DNA from: an uncultured candidatus Brocadiaceae bacterium
GTDB lineage: Bacteria; Planctomycetota; UBA1135; UBA2386
DNA length: 64,000 nt
Direction of reading: 5' to 3'
Assembly (NCBI GenBank): GCA_964483245.1
Contig: CAZABP010000022.1
Location: 1-64,000 of the forward strand
Below are positions 45,123-58,900 of this stretch, piece after piece (the stretch's first letter is position 1; each line of letters opens with the position of its first letter). The position numbers and the translations under genes are program-made. The notes beneath the pieces are model-generated. The model ran no database searches. It saw only the letters and a program-made list of their open reading frames with translations, and had not been told where the DNA came from.

Positions 45123-45617
45123 ATGACAGCGAAGCGAGCAGGAATCTGGCCCCCGCAGACCGCGCGGGACCTCATGAAGACCGACCTGGTCACGATCGGC
45201 AAGACCGCGCGCCTCGGCGAGGCGATGCGGCTGTTGTGCGACCACCGGATCTCCGGCATGCCGGTGACCGACGAGTCCGGACACGTCGTCGGTGTCGTGT
45301 CGATCCGCGACATCCTCGACTTCCTGTCGGAGAACCCATCGTCGCAGCCCTCGTTCGCGCGCAGCTTCTACATGGCGAACGCCGAGGCGGACGAGGACTT
45401 CGACTACGACGAGATCGAGGTGCCGGAGAACCTCGAGGACACCGTGGCCGAAGTCATGACGGCCGAGATCTACGCGATCCCGGTCGACGCGGGGGTGCAG
45501 GAGATCGTCAAGAGCCTGGCCAAGCACCGGATCCATCGCCTGCTGGTCAAGGACGGTCGCAAGCACGTCGGGCTCGTCAGCGCGATGGACGTGCTGGTGG
45601 CACTCGCGAAGGATTGA
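45123..45617 (+). CDS. CBS domain pair protein
   Basis: Two CBS motifs (GMPVTD..GHVVGVVSIRDIL and HRLLVKDGRKHVGLVSAMDVL). Confidence 0.7.
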   Translation: MTAKRAGIWPPQTARDLMKTDLVTIGKTARLGEAMRLLCDHRISGMPVTDESGHVVGVVSIRDILDFLSENPSSQPSFARSFYMANAEADEDFDYDEIEVPENLEDTVAEVMTAEIYAIPVDAGVQEIVKSLAKHRIHRLLVKDGRKHVGLVSAMDVLVALAKD

Positions 45618-46354
45618 GCGCGCGCTCGCCGCTGTCCGCCGCGACCGACCGCGTCGTCGCGGCGACCGCCGGGCTCGAGTTCGGCGCGCCGGTCGCGTGT
45701 GTCTATCAGCCGCTCGTCCATGCGCGGGCGCCGCATCGGGAGTACCTGCGGCGGTTCGGCACCGGGCGCAAGCGCGTGCTGCTGCTCGGCATGAATCCCG
45801 GCCCGTTCGGGATGGTGCAGACTGGCGTTCCATTCGGCGAGGTCGCGGCGGTGCGTGACTGGCTCGGCATCGAGGCCCCGGTACAGGCACCCGCACGGCA
45901 GCATCCCCGCCGGCCGGTGCACGGCTTCGCCTGCCAGCGCAGCGAAGTCAGCGGGCGGCGGCTGTGGGGGTTGCTGCGGGCGCGGTTCGGCACGCCGGAG
46001 CGGCTGTTCGCCGACTGGTTCGTGCACAACTACTGCCCGCTGGCCTTCGTCGACGCGGGCGGGCGCAATCTGACCCCGGACCAGCTCCCGGCGAAGATGC
46101 GCGAGCCGCTGTTCGCCGCTTGCGACGAGTACCTGCGCGCGGTCGTCGCGACCCTGTGCCCGGAGCTGATCGTCGGCGTCGGCACGTTCGCCGAGGCGCG
46201 CGCGCAGGCCGCCCTGGGCGGGGACGGGCCGCGCATCGGTCGCATCCTGCATCCCAGTCCGGCGAGTCCGGCGGCGAACCGGGGTTGGGAGGAGACGGTC
46301 TGCCGCGAGCTCGCAGCCCTCGATGTGCCGCTGCCGGCGGCGCGCGGGAGCTGA
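45614..46354 (+). CDS. SMUG1-like single-strand-selective uracil-DNA glycosylase family protein
   Basis: GMNPGPFGMVQTGVPFG motif typical of SMUG1/UDG family 3; TTG start overlapping the CBS stop (TTGA) is the only in-frame start before the motif. Confidence 0.65.
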   Translation: MSARSPLSAATDRVVAATAGLEFGAPVACVYQPLVHARAPHREYLRRFGTGRKRVLLLGMNPGPFGMVQTGVPFGEVAAVRDWLGIEAPVQAPARQHPRRPVHGFACQRSEVSGRRLWGLLRARFGTPERLFADWFVHNYCPLAFVDAGGRNLTPDQLPAKMREPLFAACDEYLRAVVATLCPELIVGVGTFAEARAQAALGGDGPRIGRILHPSPASPAANRGWEETVCRELAALDVPLPAARGS

Positions 46355-47220
46355 TCGCGTGCAACCGGGGCCGGGGGCGCGCGGTGGGATCACGTGGGTC
46401 GTGTTGGCGAGCGTGGCGTTGAGCACCGCACCAGTCACGGCCAAGGCGGCGCTGTCGGACGGCAACGACCCGACCACGCTGATCACGTTCCGGATCGTCG
46501 TCGGCGCCGCGGCGCTGTGGCTGCTCGCCTTGCTCGTGCAACCGCGCTGGCTGCGCGTCGACCTGCGCACCTGGGGCTGGTGTGCGGCCGCCGGCGCCGC
46601 GAACGCCGCGAGCATGCTGTGTTACTACATCGGGCTGCGCGACATCGATGCGTCGCTGGCGACGTTGGTGTTCAGCGCGTTCCCCGCCGCGGTGCTGCTG
46701 CTGCTGTGGCTCGCCGGCGAGCGTGTCACGATGCTCTCGGTCGTCCGCCTGCTGCTCGCGCTGACCGGTGTCGCGCTGCTGTCCGGCAGCGGTGGCACGG
46801 CCGGCCTGGGTGGCACGTTGTTGATCCTGATCGCGGTGTGGACATTCGCGCTGCACGTGAACCTGGTGCAGTGGCGGCTGCACGGTGTCCCCCCGATCCA
46901 GGTCGCCATCCACGTGGTCGGCGCGATGGCGCTCTGTCTGCTCGCGTACTGGGGTGTCACGCAGGGGGCGGCTCCGCAGTGGCCGAACGCGTTCGGGTGG
47001 GGCGTCGTCGTCTGGACCGGACTCGTGGCGACGGCGTTCGCGCGGTTTGCGATCTTCACCGGGATCGCGCGGATCGGCAGTGGGCAGACCGCGCTGCTGC
47101 TGCCGGTCGAGACGCTGTGCATCCTGCTGTGGTCGCTGTTGTTCCTGGGAGAACGGCTGGAGCTGCAGGCGGTCGCCGGCGGAGTCCTCGTGTTGACGAG
47201 TGCGCTGCTCGCGGTGCGCG

Positions 47221-49527
<2,307 letters not shown>

Positions 49528-49586
49528 CTGTATCGGGATCGGTGCGGCGGAGGCTTCAGGAAGACTGCGGGTCTGGTGAGCGCCCG

Positions 49587-51896
49587 ATGCGATCGGACCC
49601 GCGGCACCCGACTGCGAATCCCCGTAGATTCCGCCCCGTGCGCTCCCGACCCTTGCTGCCGCTGGTCCTGCTCGCCCTGCTCCTTCCGCTCCCCGCGCAG
49701 ATCCAGGAGACCGGCGTTGCCGCGTTCCAGCAGGCCTGTCGCGACGTCACCCGGGACGCGGTGATCCTCAATCTGGCCGCCCACCCTGACGACGAGGCGG
49801 CCAGCACGATCGTCTGGCTGCGCCGTCAGGGGTTCCGGACCGTGACGCTGTACACGACCGGCGGCGAAGGCGGACAGAACGCGATCGGCCGCGACATCGG
49901 CAAGGCACTGGCACGGATCCGACGGCAGGAGACGCTCGCCGCTGCGCGCCATACCGGGACCGAGGTGCGCTGGCTCGGTTTCTACGACTTCGGCTACTCG
50001 AAGACGCTCGACGAGACGCTCGCCGCGTGGGATCGCGACGAGCTGCTGCGCCGGTTCGCGGCGGTCCTCGACGAGCTGCAGCCGGATCTCGTGATCACCA
50101 ACCACACGATCGACGGCGGGCATGGACACCACCGCGCAACGGCGTGGGCGGCGCAGCAACTGCTGCCGGCGCGCGGCATTCCGCTGCTCGTGCGGCACCG
50201 CGAGCGGCCCGAGGATCCAACGACCAAAGACGCGGCGAAACCGGAGCCGCCGCCGATCGCGCTGACGGTCGACGTCGCGCGGATCGATCCGATCACCGGC
50301 AAGACCTACGCACGCCAGGCCTACGACGGCTATCTCGAGCACCGCAGCCAGGGCCCGTTCGGCACGCACGACCCGGCGGCCGTGCGCCCGGTGCAATGGG
50401 TGCGCGCCGGCAGCGACAGCGGTGACCCGATCGCCGCGTTGCGCGACAGCCTCGACGACGAAGCCGCACCCGCGGCGCTGCGGGAACTCGCACCGCGGCT
50501 GCGGGCATTCGGCGCCGAACGCCCGCGGGTCGAACACCTGCGCGAAGCGGCGGAGCTGCTCGCCGCGCTCCGCCAACTCGACTTCACTGCGTCCCCGGCG
50601 CGCCTGCGCTCGCGCCTCGCCTGGCGGATCGGTGCCCTGCAGCGGGTCCTGCTGGCCGGCCATGGCGTCGCCGTGCTCGCCACCTCGACGCGCCCGACCG
50701 CGACGCCGAACGGCGACGGCGAGCTGCGCGTCGTGCTGCAGGCGGAGCAGCCCGAGCTCGTGTCCGGCCTGCAGGTCCAGTTCGGCGACGCGATTGCCGC
50801 GGACGGCGATTCCGCGCTGGTGCGCCGGCTGCAGCTGCGGATTCCGGCCGACGCGGCCGAGCTGACCGAGATCCGCCCGACGGTCCGGTTCCGTCTCGCG
50901 ACGGCCGACATCGAGCTGCAGCCGACCGTCGAGCTGCGCACCGTGCCCGAGGTCCGGCTCGCGTTCGACCGCGAGCTCGTGCTGGTGCCGCGTGTTGGAG
51001 GCGAACGCGAGCACTACCTGGCACTCGACGTCGACTATCACGGCGCCGAGGCGCGCGAGCTCGAGCTGCAGCTCGACGCACCCACTGGTGTCACGATCGA
51101 GTCTTCGAGCCGGGTCCTGCGCGTTTCGCCCGACGACCGCGAGGCCGGTGTGCTGCTTCGTCTGGCCATCGATCCGGCCCCGCTCGATGACCAGAGCGAG
51201 CTGATCGCAAGGCTCGGCGATGCACGCGCGTCGATCCGGATCGCGCCGGTCGACGTCCAGATTCCGGCCTCGCTGCGCGTGGGGCTGGTGCGCGGTCCGG
51301 ACGACTCGCTGCTGCGCACGCTCGAGGACCTCGGGGTCGAGTTCGTCGATCTGGACTCACGTGCGCTCGCACGCGCCGACCTCAGCCGCTTCACGACGCT
51401 GGCGATCGACATGCGCGCGCGCCATCACCGCGCTGACCTCGACGACCACCGCGAGCGGATCCTGCGCTTCTGCGCGGCCGGCGGGCGGGTCGTCGCGTTC
51501 TATCACAAGCCGCACGAGTGGAACGCACGCGCCGGCCGGCCACCGCTGTCCCCGTTCCCGCTCGAGGTCGGCGATGCGCGCGTCGCCGAGGAGGACGCCA
51601 CCGTCGTGATCCTGGATGCCGATGCTCGCCTGCTCGCATCGCCGCACCAGATCACGTTGGCGGACTTCCGCGACTGGGTGCAGGAGCGCGGGCTCAACTT
51701 TCCCAAGAGCTGGGACGCGGCCTGGCGTCCGTTGCTGCGGATGCACGACCGTGGGGAAGACCCGCTCGAGGGGGCGTTGCTGGTCAGCCGCCACGGGGAG
51801 GGGAGCTACGTGTACTGCTCGCTGGCGCTGTACCGGCAGTGGCGGCGCGGGCACGAAGGCTCGCTCCGGCTGCTGGTCAACCTGCTGACCCCTTGA
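49587..51896 (+). CDS. PIG-L/LmbE family deacetylase domain protein with large C-terminal extension
   Basis: Signal peptide; AHPDDE motif of the LmbE-like zinc deacetylase fold; 769 aa. Confidence 0.65.
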   Translation: MRSDPRHPTANPRRFRPVRSRPLLPLVLLALLLPLPAQIQETGVAAFQQACRDVTRDAVILNLAAHPDDEAASTIVWLRRQGFRTVTLYTTGGEGGQNAIGRDIGKALARIRRQETLAAARHTGTEVRWLGFYDFGYSKTLDETLAAWDRDELLRRFAAVLDELQPDLVITNHTIDGGHGHHRATAWAAQQLLPARGIPLLVRHRERPEDPTTKDAAKPEPPPIALTVDVARIDPITGKTYARQAYDGYLEHRSQGPFGTHDPAAVRPVQWVRAGSDSGDPIAALRDSLDDEAAPAALRELAPRLRAFGAERPRVEHLREAAELLAALRQLDFTASPARLRSRLAWRIGALQRVLLAGHGVAVLATSTRPTATPNGDGELRVVLQAEQPELVSGLQVQFGDAIAADGDSALVRRLQLRIPADAAELTEIRPTVRFRLATADIELQPTVELRTVPEVRLAFDRELVLVPRVGGEREHYLALDVDYHGAEARELELQLDAPTGVTIESSSRVLRVSPDDREAGVLLRLAIDPAPLDDQSELIARLGDARASIRIAPVDVQIPASLRVGLVRGPDDSLLRTLEDLGVEFVDLDSRALARADLSRFTTLAIDMRARHHRADLDDHRERILRFCAAGGRVVAFYHKPHEWNARAGRPPLSPFPLEVGDARVAEEDATVVILDADARLLASPHQITLADFRDWVQERGLNFPKSWDAAWRPLLRMHDRGEDPLEGALLVSRHGEGSYVYCSLALYRQWRRGHEGSLRLLVNLLTP

Positions 51897-51909
51897 TCAT
51901 CGACCCCGC

Positions 51910-52437
51910 TCAACCCTGCTGGAGCAGCAGCAGCATGCTCAGTGACTTCGCGTCCCGGATCCGGCCGCGCCGCGTGAGCTCGTGCAGCTCGGCGAGGCGG
52001 ACTGGCACGACCTCCAGGTACTCGTCGTCGTCGAGCTCCGCCTGCGCCGGTCGCAGGTCACGCGCCTCGTACAGGTGGATCACCTCGGTGCAGAAGCCGG
52101 GGGCCGTGAACACCGAGCCGAGCTTGCGCCACCGCCGTGCGGCGTAGCCGGTCTCCTCGACCAGCTCGCGGCGCGCGCACCGCAGCGGCGATTCGCCTCG
52201 CTCGAGCGTGCCGGCCGGGAACTCCAGCAGCCATTGCCGTGCGGCGGCCCGCCACTGCCGCACCAGCAGGACCCGGTCCTTCGTCAGGAACGGCAGGATC
52301 GCGACTGCGCCCGGATGCCGCACGATCTGCCGCTCGAACTCGCGCCCGTCCGGCGCCTGCCAGCGTTCGGCGACGACATCGAACGGGCGCGCGGCCAGAC
52401 GCGGGCGCTCGCGCAGCAGGCGGAACTTGCGGCTCAT
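51910..52437 (-). CDS. NUDIX hydrolase
   Basis: Nudix box GESPLRCARRELVEETG; ATGA overlap with upstream addA. Confidence 0.8.
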   Translation of the reverse strand: MSRKFRLLRERPRLAARPFDVVAERWQAPDGREFERQIVRHPGAVAILPFLTKDRVLLVRQWRAAARQWLLEFPAGTLERGESPLRCARRELVEETGYAARRWRKLGSVFTAPGFCTEVIHLYEARDLRPAQAELDDDEYLEVVPVRLAELHELTRRGRIRDAKSLSMLLLLQQG

Positions 52438-55400
52438 GACGGCACGACCTCGATCCGATCGTCGAGCAGATACCACAGCTCGAACCGCGGCGGCGCAGCC
52501 AGTCCGAGCGCGCGCTGCACGGCACGCGGATACACGCGCGCCTGTGCTGCATGCTGCGCCTGCTCCCCAGGCGCGCCGGTCTTGTAGTCGGCGACGACGT
52601 GCTGCTGCCGTGCGGGGTCGAAGTACAGCAGGTCGATCGCCCCGGCGAGCGCGTCGGTCGCCGCGTCTTCGCCGGTGGCCGCGACGACGAACGGCAGCTC
52701 ACGCGCCAGGATCTGGTCGCCGAGCGCCTGGAACCGCCGCCACGGCTCGCCGCGCAACAGGCGGGTCAACGCCTGCGCGGCGAGCGGCTGCAGCTCCGGC
52801 GGCGTGATCGCGAACAGTGACTCGCGCAGCTCGGCGTCGGACACGGCCGGTGGAACGGTCTCCATCAGGCGGTGCAACAGGATCCCGAGTTGCTGCGCCG
52901 CGTCGCGCGGGCGTGCGTTGCCCGCGGAACGCGAGGGATCGCGCGGATCCTCCGCATCGTCTGCGATGCGCGAGGTCGATGCGGCGGCGACGCGCGGCAC
53001 ACGCTGTTGGCGCACGGCCTGCTCGGTCGCGCGGTGCAGCGACTCGGCGCCGGCCAGCAGGCGGGCCAGTGGCAGCGGCTGCGGGGTCCCCGGCTCGCGC
53101 TCCGGCAACGCACGCAGCGCCGGCACGCGCCACAGCGCGCCGTCCTCCCAGCGACCCGCGTCTGCGTCCCCTGCTCCCGCCAGCGCCACGAGGTCGGGAG
53201 GCGTGCGGAACGCGACGGCCTCGATCAACTTCGTCATCGACGAGGCGTCGCGCGCGGCGGCCGGCCAGCTCCCGGCGAGCACGAGCCGGTCCGCGGCGCG
53301 CGTGGCCGCGACGTACAGCAACCGGATCGCCTCGGCGCGGGCGACGCGCTCCCGCTGTGCTTCGACCTCTGACCAACCGAGCGACGGCCAGCCGAACAGC
53401 CGCGCCTGCAACATGCCGTGCTGCCGGACGACGTCGGTGCGCTCCGGATCGCGCTCGTGCCACGGCAACCGCGTGTGCAGATCGACGACGTAGACATGCG
53501 GCCACTGCAGCCCCTTGCTCTTGTGGACCGTCATGACCTGCACCGCGTCCATCCCGGCGTCACCGGGAGCACCTTCGGCGGCACGAAGCAGCCCATCGAG
53601 TCCACGCCGTAGCTCGCGCAACAGCACCTCTGGCCCGCGCTCCGGATTGCACAGCGCCTGTTCGACCACGTGGAAGAACCGCTGCAGGTTCGCCAGCCGA
53701 TGCAGCCCGAGGAACCGCGCAGCCGCGGTCGCCGGGAGTGCGAGCCGGTCGCGCAACAGCTGCAGGAACTCGTCGACCGGCTGCGACTGCAACGCGGCGC
53801 GCAGCTGCGCCAGCGCCGTCAGCGCGTCCCGCAGCGAATCCTCCCAGCCCGCGTGCGCCGGCGCATCCTCGAGACCGTCGCGTGCGCTCCGCACACAGTG
53901 CTCGAACGCCTCCGGCAGGCTCGTGGAACCGTGCAGCTCGGCGGCGAGTGCCGGCAACCCTGCCTGCCAGAGCCCGGCGAGGGCCGCATCCGGGACTCCG
54001 CAGAACGGGGCGCGCAGCATCGCGAACAGCGCGACGAGGTCGGTCGGATCGAGCACGGCGCGCAGCAGGGCGGCGGCATCCACGATCTCACGCCGTTGGT
54101 AGAAGCTCCCCTCACGCTCGATCGCGAACGGCACGCCTGCCTGCCGCAACGCGTCGAGGTACACGTCGACCTGCGTCGCCGAGCGCAACAGCACGGCGCA
54201 GGCCGACCAAGCAACGCCATGCTGGTCGTGCAGCAGGCGCAGGTCGTGCGCCAACGCTGCCGCGCCGAGCTCGCGGGCCGGATCGGCCGGGGTGCTCGCG
54301 TGCCGCTTCGGCCCGTCGGTGAGCCACGTCACCCAGTGTTCCGCCGCGGCATGGCCGGGCAACGTGCAGCCGGGATCGTCACGGCGCCTCTCGCTGACCA
54401 GCAGCGGCTCCCATCCGGCCTGGATCCCCTCGTCGTGTACGAGCAGCGGCGCGCAGATCCGCGCGACTTCCTGCAGCACCGGGTCGACCGAGCGGAAGTT
54501 GACCAGCAGCGGCTGCCGCGGCCGCCCGTCCAGCGCCTCCCGCACGAACGCTTCGTAGGCGGCGAGGTCGGCATTGCGCCAGCCATAGATCGACTGCTTC
54601 GGATCGCCGACCAGGAACAGCGCCGGGCGCTCGGCCGGGGGTCCGCGCAACGCGATCGCGCGCAGGATCCCGCACTGCAGCTGGTCCGTGTCCTGGAACT
54701 CGTCCACCAGCAGCTGATCGAGTCCCGTGCGCAGCGTCGCCGCCACGACCGGATCGCTGGTCAGCAGATCGTGCGTGCGCTGCAGCAGGGCCTGGAACGA
54801 CAGCACGCCGAGCGCATCGGTGCGGGCGCGCACGTCGCGCAGCAACCGTGCCAACACGCGACGTGCGGCCGCGAACGCCGCGGGGTCGAACCCGCGCAGA
54901 CTCGCGAGCATCGGCGCCACGATCGCCGCGCAGGCCTCGATGCGTGTGGCGCGCTCGCCGAAGCACCTGGCTTCGGCCTGCGTGAATTCGCCCGCTGCGA
55001 ACTCCCCGATCCGCGCATCCAGCTCGCCGGCAGCCCGTGCGACCCCGGCCAGCGCATCGCCGGCCGGCAGCGCCTGCTGGCATGCCACCAGCGTCCCGAG
55101 CACGCGGCATGCCTTGATGAGGTTGCGCGTCGGCTGGTCCGGCAACGTCTCCCGCAGATGTCCGATCAGCTCCTCGAGGGGAGCCGTGAGTGCCGCGCGG
55201 AACGCCGCGAGCCGTTCCTCGGGGTGCGGATCCTGCTCCAGCCACTCCGCAGCCACGTCCTGCTGCGCGAGCTTCGTGACCGCCTCGGCGATCTCGGTCG
55301 GTCCGACGTCGTGCCGCAGCAGCGCGAGATGATCCGGATCCCCCGGCTCGCCGTACGCCGCCGCGAGCGCGCCGAGGACGACCTCGTCGACGATCGCCGG

Positions 55401-55913
55401 CAACCGCGCCTGCTCCGCGTCGACCGTCGCCTGCGGATGCAGCCCGGCCGCCTGGCTGAACGTGCGCAGCAGCCGCTGGCACCACGCATGGATCGTCGAG
55501 GCCTGCAGCCGCTCGATGCAGAGCAGCACGGCTTCCGCGCGCGCGGCCAGATCGTCCGGATCCGCTCCCGTCTCGGCCGGCTCGAAGCCGGCGATGTCCG
55601 CACTGCGCTGCTCGCGCACGAGCTCCAGCGCTTCGGTGACGCGGCGCGTCATCTCGGCCGCCGCCTTGTCGGTGAACGTGATCGCGACCAGCCGCTCCAG
55701 CAGGCGCGCCGCGACCTCGCGGTCGTCCGCGGCGTCCGGCGCGTGCTTGCGCCAGCCGGGGCCGAGGCACCAGACCAGGATCCGCGCGACGAGCAGCGAG
55801 GTCTTGCCGGTGCCGGCACCCGCTTCGACCACGACGACGCCATCGTGGCACGTGCGCGCGGTGCGCCGCGCCTGCGCGTCCACTGCGAGCAGCTCGTCCC
55901 GCGTGCGCGTCAC
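52434..55913 (-). CDS. addA: ATP-dependent helicase/nuclease subunit A (UvrD-like helicase with C-terminal PD-(D/E)XK nuclease)
   Basis: GTG start overlapping addB stop (GTGA); Walker A GAGTGKTS; UvrD motifs; C-terminal nuclease motif (DLLYFD...VADYKTG). Confidence 0.75.
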   Translation of the reverse strand: MTRTRDELLAVDAQARRTARTCHDGVVVVEAGAGTGKTSLLVARILVWCLGPGWRKHAPDAADDREVAARLLERLVAITFTDKAAAEMTRRVTEALELVREQRSADIAGFEPAETGADPDDLAARAEAVLLCIERLQASTIHAWCQRLLRTFSQAAGLHPQATVDAEQARLPAIVDEVVLGALAAAYGEPGDPDHLALLRHDVGPTEIAEAVTKLAQQDVAAEWLEQDPHPEERLAAFRAALTAPLEELIGHLRETLPDQPTRNLIKACRVLGTLVACQQALPAGDALAGVARAAGELDARIGEFAAGEFTQAEARCFGERATRIEACAAIVAPMLASLRGFDPAAFAAARRVLARLLRDVRARTDALGVLSFQALLQRTHDLLTSDPVVAATLRTGLDQLLVDEFQDTDQLQCGILRAIALRGPPAERPALFLVGDPKQSIYGWRNADLAAYEAFVREALDGRPRQPLLVNFRSVDPVLQEVARICAPLLVHDEGIQAGWEPLLVSERRRDDPGCTLPGHAAAEHWVTWLTDGPKRHASTPADPARELGAAALAHDLRLLHDQHGVAWSACAVLLRSATQVDVYLDALRQAGVPFAIEREGSFYQRREIVDAAALLRAVLDPTDLVALFAMLRAPFCGVPDAALAGLWQAGLPALAAELHGSTSLPEAFEHCVRSARDGLEDAPAHAGWEDSLRDALTALAQLRAALQSQPVDEFLQLLRDRLALPATAAARFLGLHRLANLQRFFHVVEQALCNPERGPEVLLRELRRGLDGLLRAAEGAPGDAGMDAVQVMTVHKSKGLQWPHVYVVDLHTRLPWHERDPERTDVVRQHGMLQARLFGWPSLGWSEVEAQRERVARAEAIRLLYVAATRAADRLVLAGSWPAAARDASSMTKLIEAVAFRTPPDLVALAGAGDADAGRWEDGALWRVPALRALPEREPGTPQPLPLARLLAGAESLHRATEQAVRQQRVPRVAAASTSRIADDAEDPRDPSRSAGNARPRDAAQQLGILLHRLMETVPPAVSDAELRESLFAITPPELQPLAAQALTRLLRGEPWRRFQALGDQILARELPFVVAATGEDAATDALAGAIDLLYFDPARQQHVVADYKTGAPGEQAQHAAQARVYPRAVQRALGLAAPPRFELWYLLDDRIEVVPS

Positions 55914-58900
55914 GTCTGTGCTCCGATCTGCCACAGCCTGCGCAGGGCGGCGAACTCCGGTCCCTCGTCGGCGGCCAACACGCGGAGGTGACGGCGCATG
56001 CCGCTGTCGCCGCGGATGCAGGCCTCCTTGAACTCGCACCAGTCGCAGCTCTTCGGCTCGTCACCCGCCCGGTTCTCGAGGCGCGGCGGGAACCATCCCT
56101 GCGCGAGCGCATGCAGCAGCGTCGCCGCCACGTCGTGCAGCTTGCCCGGCAGGTCGTCCGGCAGCGTGCGCTCGGTGACGCCGTCGGGGCGCAGGTGCAG
56201 ATAGCGGCCGCGGCAGGACTCACCGGTCGCGGCAGCGAGTGCGTAGGCGGCGGCCTGCAGCCGCCGGCCTTCGCGGAACTGCTGCGGCAGATCGTCCGGT
56301 GGCTTGCCGGTCTTGTAGTCGGTCAACAGCAGGCCGTGCGCATCGCGGTCGATGCGGTCGGCGCGGAACCGCAGCGGCAGCGGCTCCGGCGCGTGCCGGA
56401 GCATCGTGGTCCCGGCGACTTCGACGCCGAGCAACCGGCGCTCCGGCGTCGCCGTCGCGAGCTCGTGCCGCAGCGCCAGCTCGACCAGATCGCGCACGCG
56501 CTCGGCCAGGACCCGGCAGAGGCCCCGCAGCCGGACCCCTTCGCGGTCGGCGACCTGCTGGGCCGCGAGCACGGCGGCCTGCATCAACTCCTGCGGATCC
56601 GGGAGCCGCAGCACCTGCCCCACGCGGTTGGCGAGCTGCGGGAGCTCCGCAGCTTCGTCCGGGCCGAGCAGCGCGGCCAGCGCCAGATGCACGGCGTCTC
56701 CGAGCATCGCCGGCGTGATCTGCGGCAGCGCCAGCAGCGGATCCGGCACCCGCTCGAGTCCGAGTCCGCGCGCGAGCCAGGTGCGCCACGGGCAGGTCGC
56801 GTAGTTCTCGAGCCAGGTCACGGCGGGACTCGCGGCGACGCTGGCGGCGACCCGCGCCGGCAGCTTGCCGAAGAACGAGCGCAGGCGCGGCACGTCGCGC
56901 AGCCGGTCCCACTGCATCAGCGCAATCCGGCGCGCACGCGCCACCGCCGCGGCGGCCCGCGGGCCGGTGCGCAGCTGCGCAGCGAGCGCCTGCTCGAGCG
57001 CATCCAGGTCACCGGCGAGCGCCGCGTGCAACGTGACTTCGTCGGCCGGCAGTGGCCGCCCGGCCGCGGCGTCCGCGGCGAGCCGCAGATCGACGCGCGG
57101 CGCGATCCCGATGACCGGCGGCAACCTGCCGCCGACCGCGAGCAGCTCGAGGAACGGCGAGCGTGCCAGCTCGTGCCCGTCGGCATCGCTGTGCTGCCAC
57201 GCGAGCTGCACGCGCGGTGCCGCCGACAGCAGGCTCGCGAACAGCTGCCGCTCCTCGTCGCTGCTGCGCGCCGAAGTCCGCAAGGCCGGGAGCACGGCCG
57301 CGAGCGCGTGCCGCGCGCTGTCGGGGAGCAGCGGGTCTTCCCGCTGCGGCCGCGGGAACTCACCGCGTTGCAGTCCGAGCAGGAACAGCTCCGTGGCGAC
57401 CAGCCCGCGCGCGTGCAGCGCGTCAGTCACGCGTACGCCGCCGTCGCCACCGAGCGGAGGCGCGAACAGCTGCTCCAACAGCGGTGGCAGCAGCGCGAAG
57501 AACTCCTCGCCACGCAGCCGCAGCGCCGGCCAGCCGCAGAGCTCGGACGCGATGCGCTCGCGCTCCTCCGCCGGCCAGCCGAGCTCGTCCCGCAGCAGCT
57601 CGCCGAGGCGGGCGGCATGCGATGGCAGCGGCTGCGTCTGCGGCCAGCCGCGGAGCTGCTCGACCATGCGCCGCGCCGCAGCGCGCGCCGCCGTCAACAC
57701 GGCGCGGGGCAGCCAGCGCCGCCGCGGCGCACCGTCTTCGTCGTGGCTGCGTTGCGGCAGCGGCACGTCGCGCAGCTCCGTCTCGTCGAGCTCCGCCAGC
57801 TCGCGCAGGTCGCGCAGTCCGCGGGCGCGCAGCGCGAGCATCAGGTCGCGCAGTCCGGCGGCGCCCGCGTCCGGGATCAGCCGTTGCGGGTCGGCCAGCG
57901 CAGCGGACCAGGTCTCCAGCGGGGCCGAGCCTTGTCGCTCGAGCAAGCGGCCCAGCGCCAGCCGGCGGCGTGCACCCGGTGCCAACACCGCCGGCGCGGC
58001 CGGCCCGGTGAACGGAATGCCGTGCTTGCGCAATTGCTGGCGCAGGGCGACGGCGTGTCCGTCCAACCGGCGGGCGACGACCAGCAGATCGGTGGCCGCA
58101 GTCCCACCATCGAGCGCAGTGCGCAGCCGCTGCGCCAGCTCACGTGCTTCTCCCTCGGGGCCGGAGGCGTGGAATGGCTCGGCGAGCTCGACCGGGTCCG
58201 GCGGTTGCGGGTCGAGCTCGACCGGTCCCCCGATCGCCAGCTCGAGATCCTGTGCGAGCGAAGTCAGCGGCTCGGTCGGATCGCGCGGCTCCGGCGGAGC
58301 TTCGACGTACAGCACGGCGCCCAGTCGCCGCAGCGCGCCGAGCAGCTCACATCCGAGCCCGGTCGCATCGGCGAACCCGTGCACGAACAACGTCGTCCCG
58401 CCGAGCAGCTCCGGGCCGCGCTCATCCAGCAGACGCGCGGCACGCCCGAGCGCCAGCTCGCTCGTCTCGAGGCCGAGCTGCTCTGCCTGCTGCAGCGTCT
58501 GCAGGGCCGCGTCGATCAGGGCACGCGCGCGGCGCGCGACTTGCGGGCGGGCAATCGCCTGCGCGGCTTCGTGGGCCGCGTCCTGCAGCTCAGGACGGAG
58601 GCCGGCATCCAGCAGCGCGCGGATCGGCTGTACGAGTGCCGGTTCACTGCGCTCGAACCGCTGCAGCAGCGGCAGCAGCTCCGGTTGCGCCGCGGCCGCG
58701 CGCCGTGCCAGCAGGTCGAACAGCGGTGTGGCGATGGAGGCTGGCCGACCACCACGCTCGAGCAGCTCGCGCGCGAGCGACCACAGCGTGGACACCCGCA
58801 CGCCGAGCAGGGCGCCATGCGCGCGTGCCAGCGCGGCCAGCATCTGTTCGCGCAGGTCGGCCGAGGCGACGACGATCAGGATCCGCGCCCGCGTGCGGTC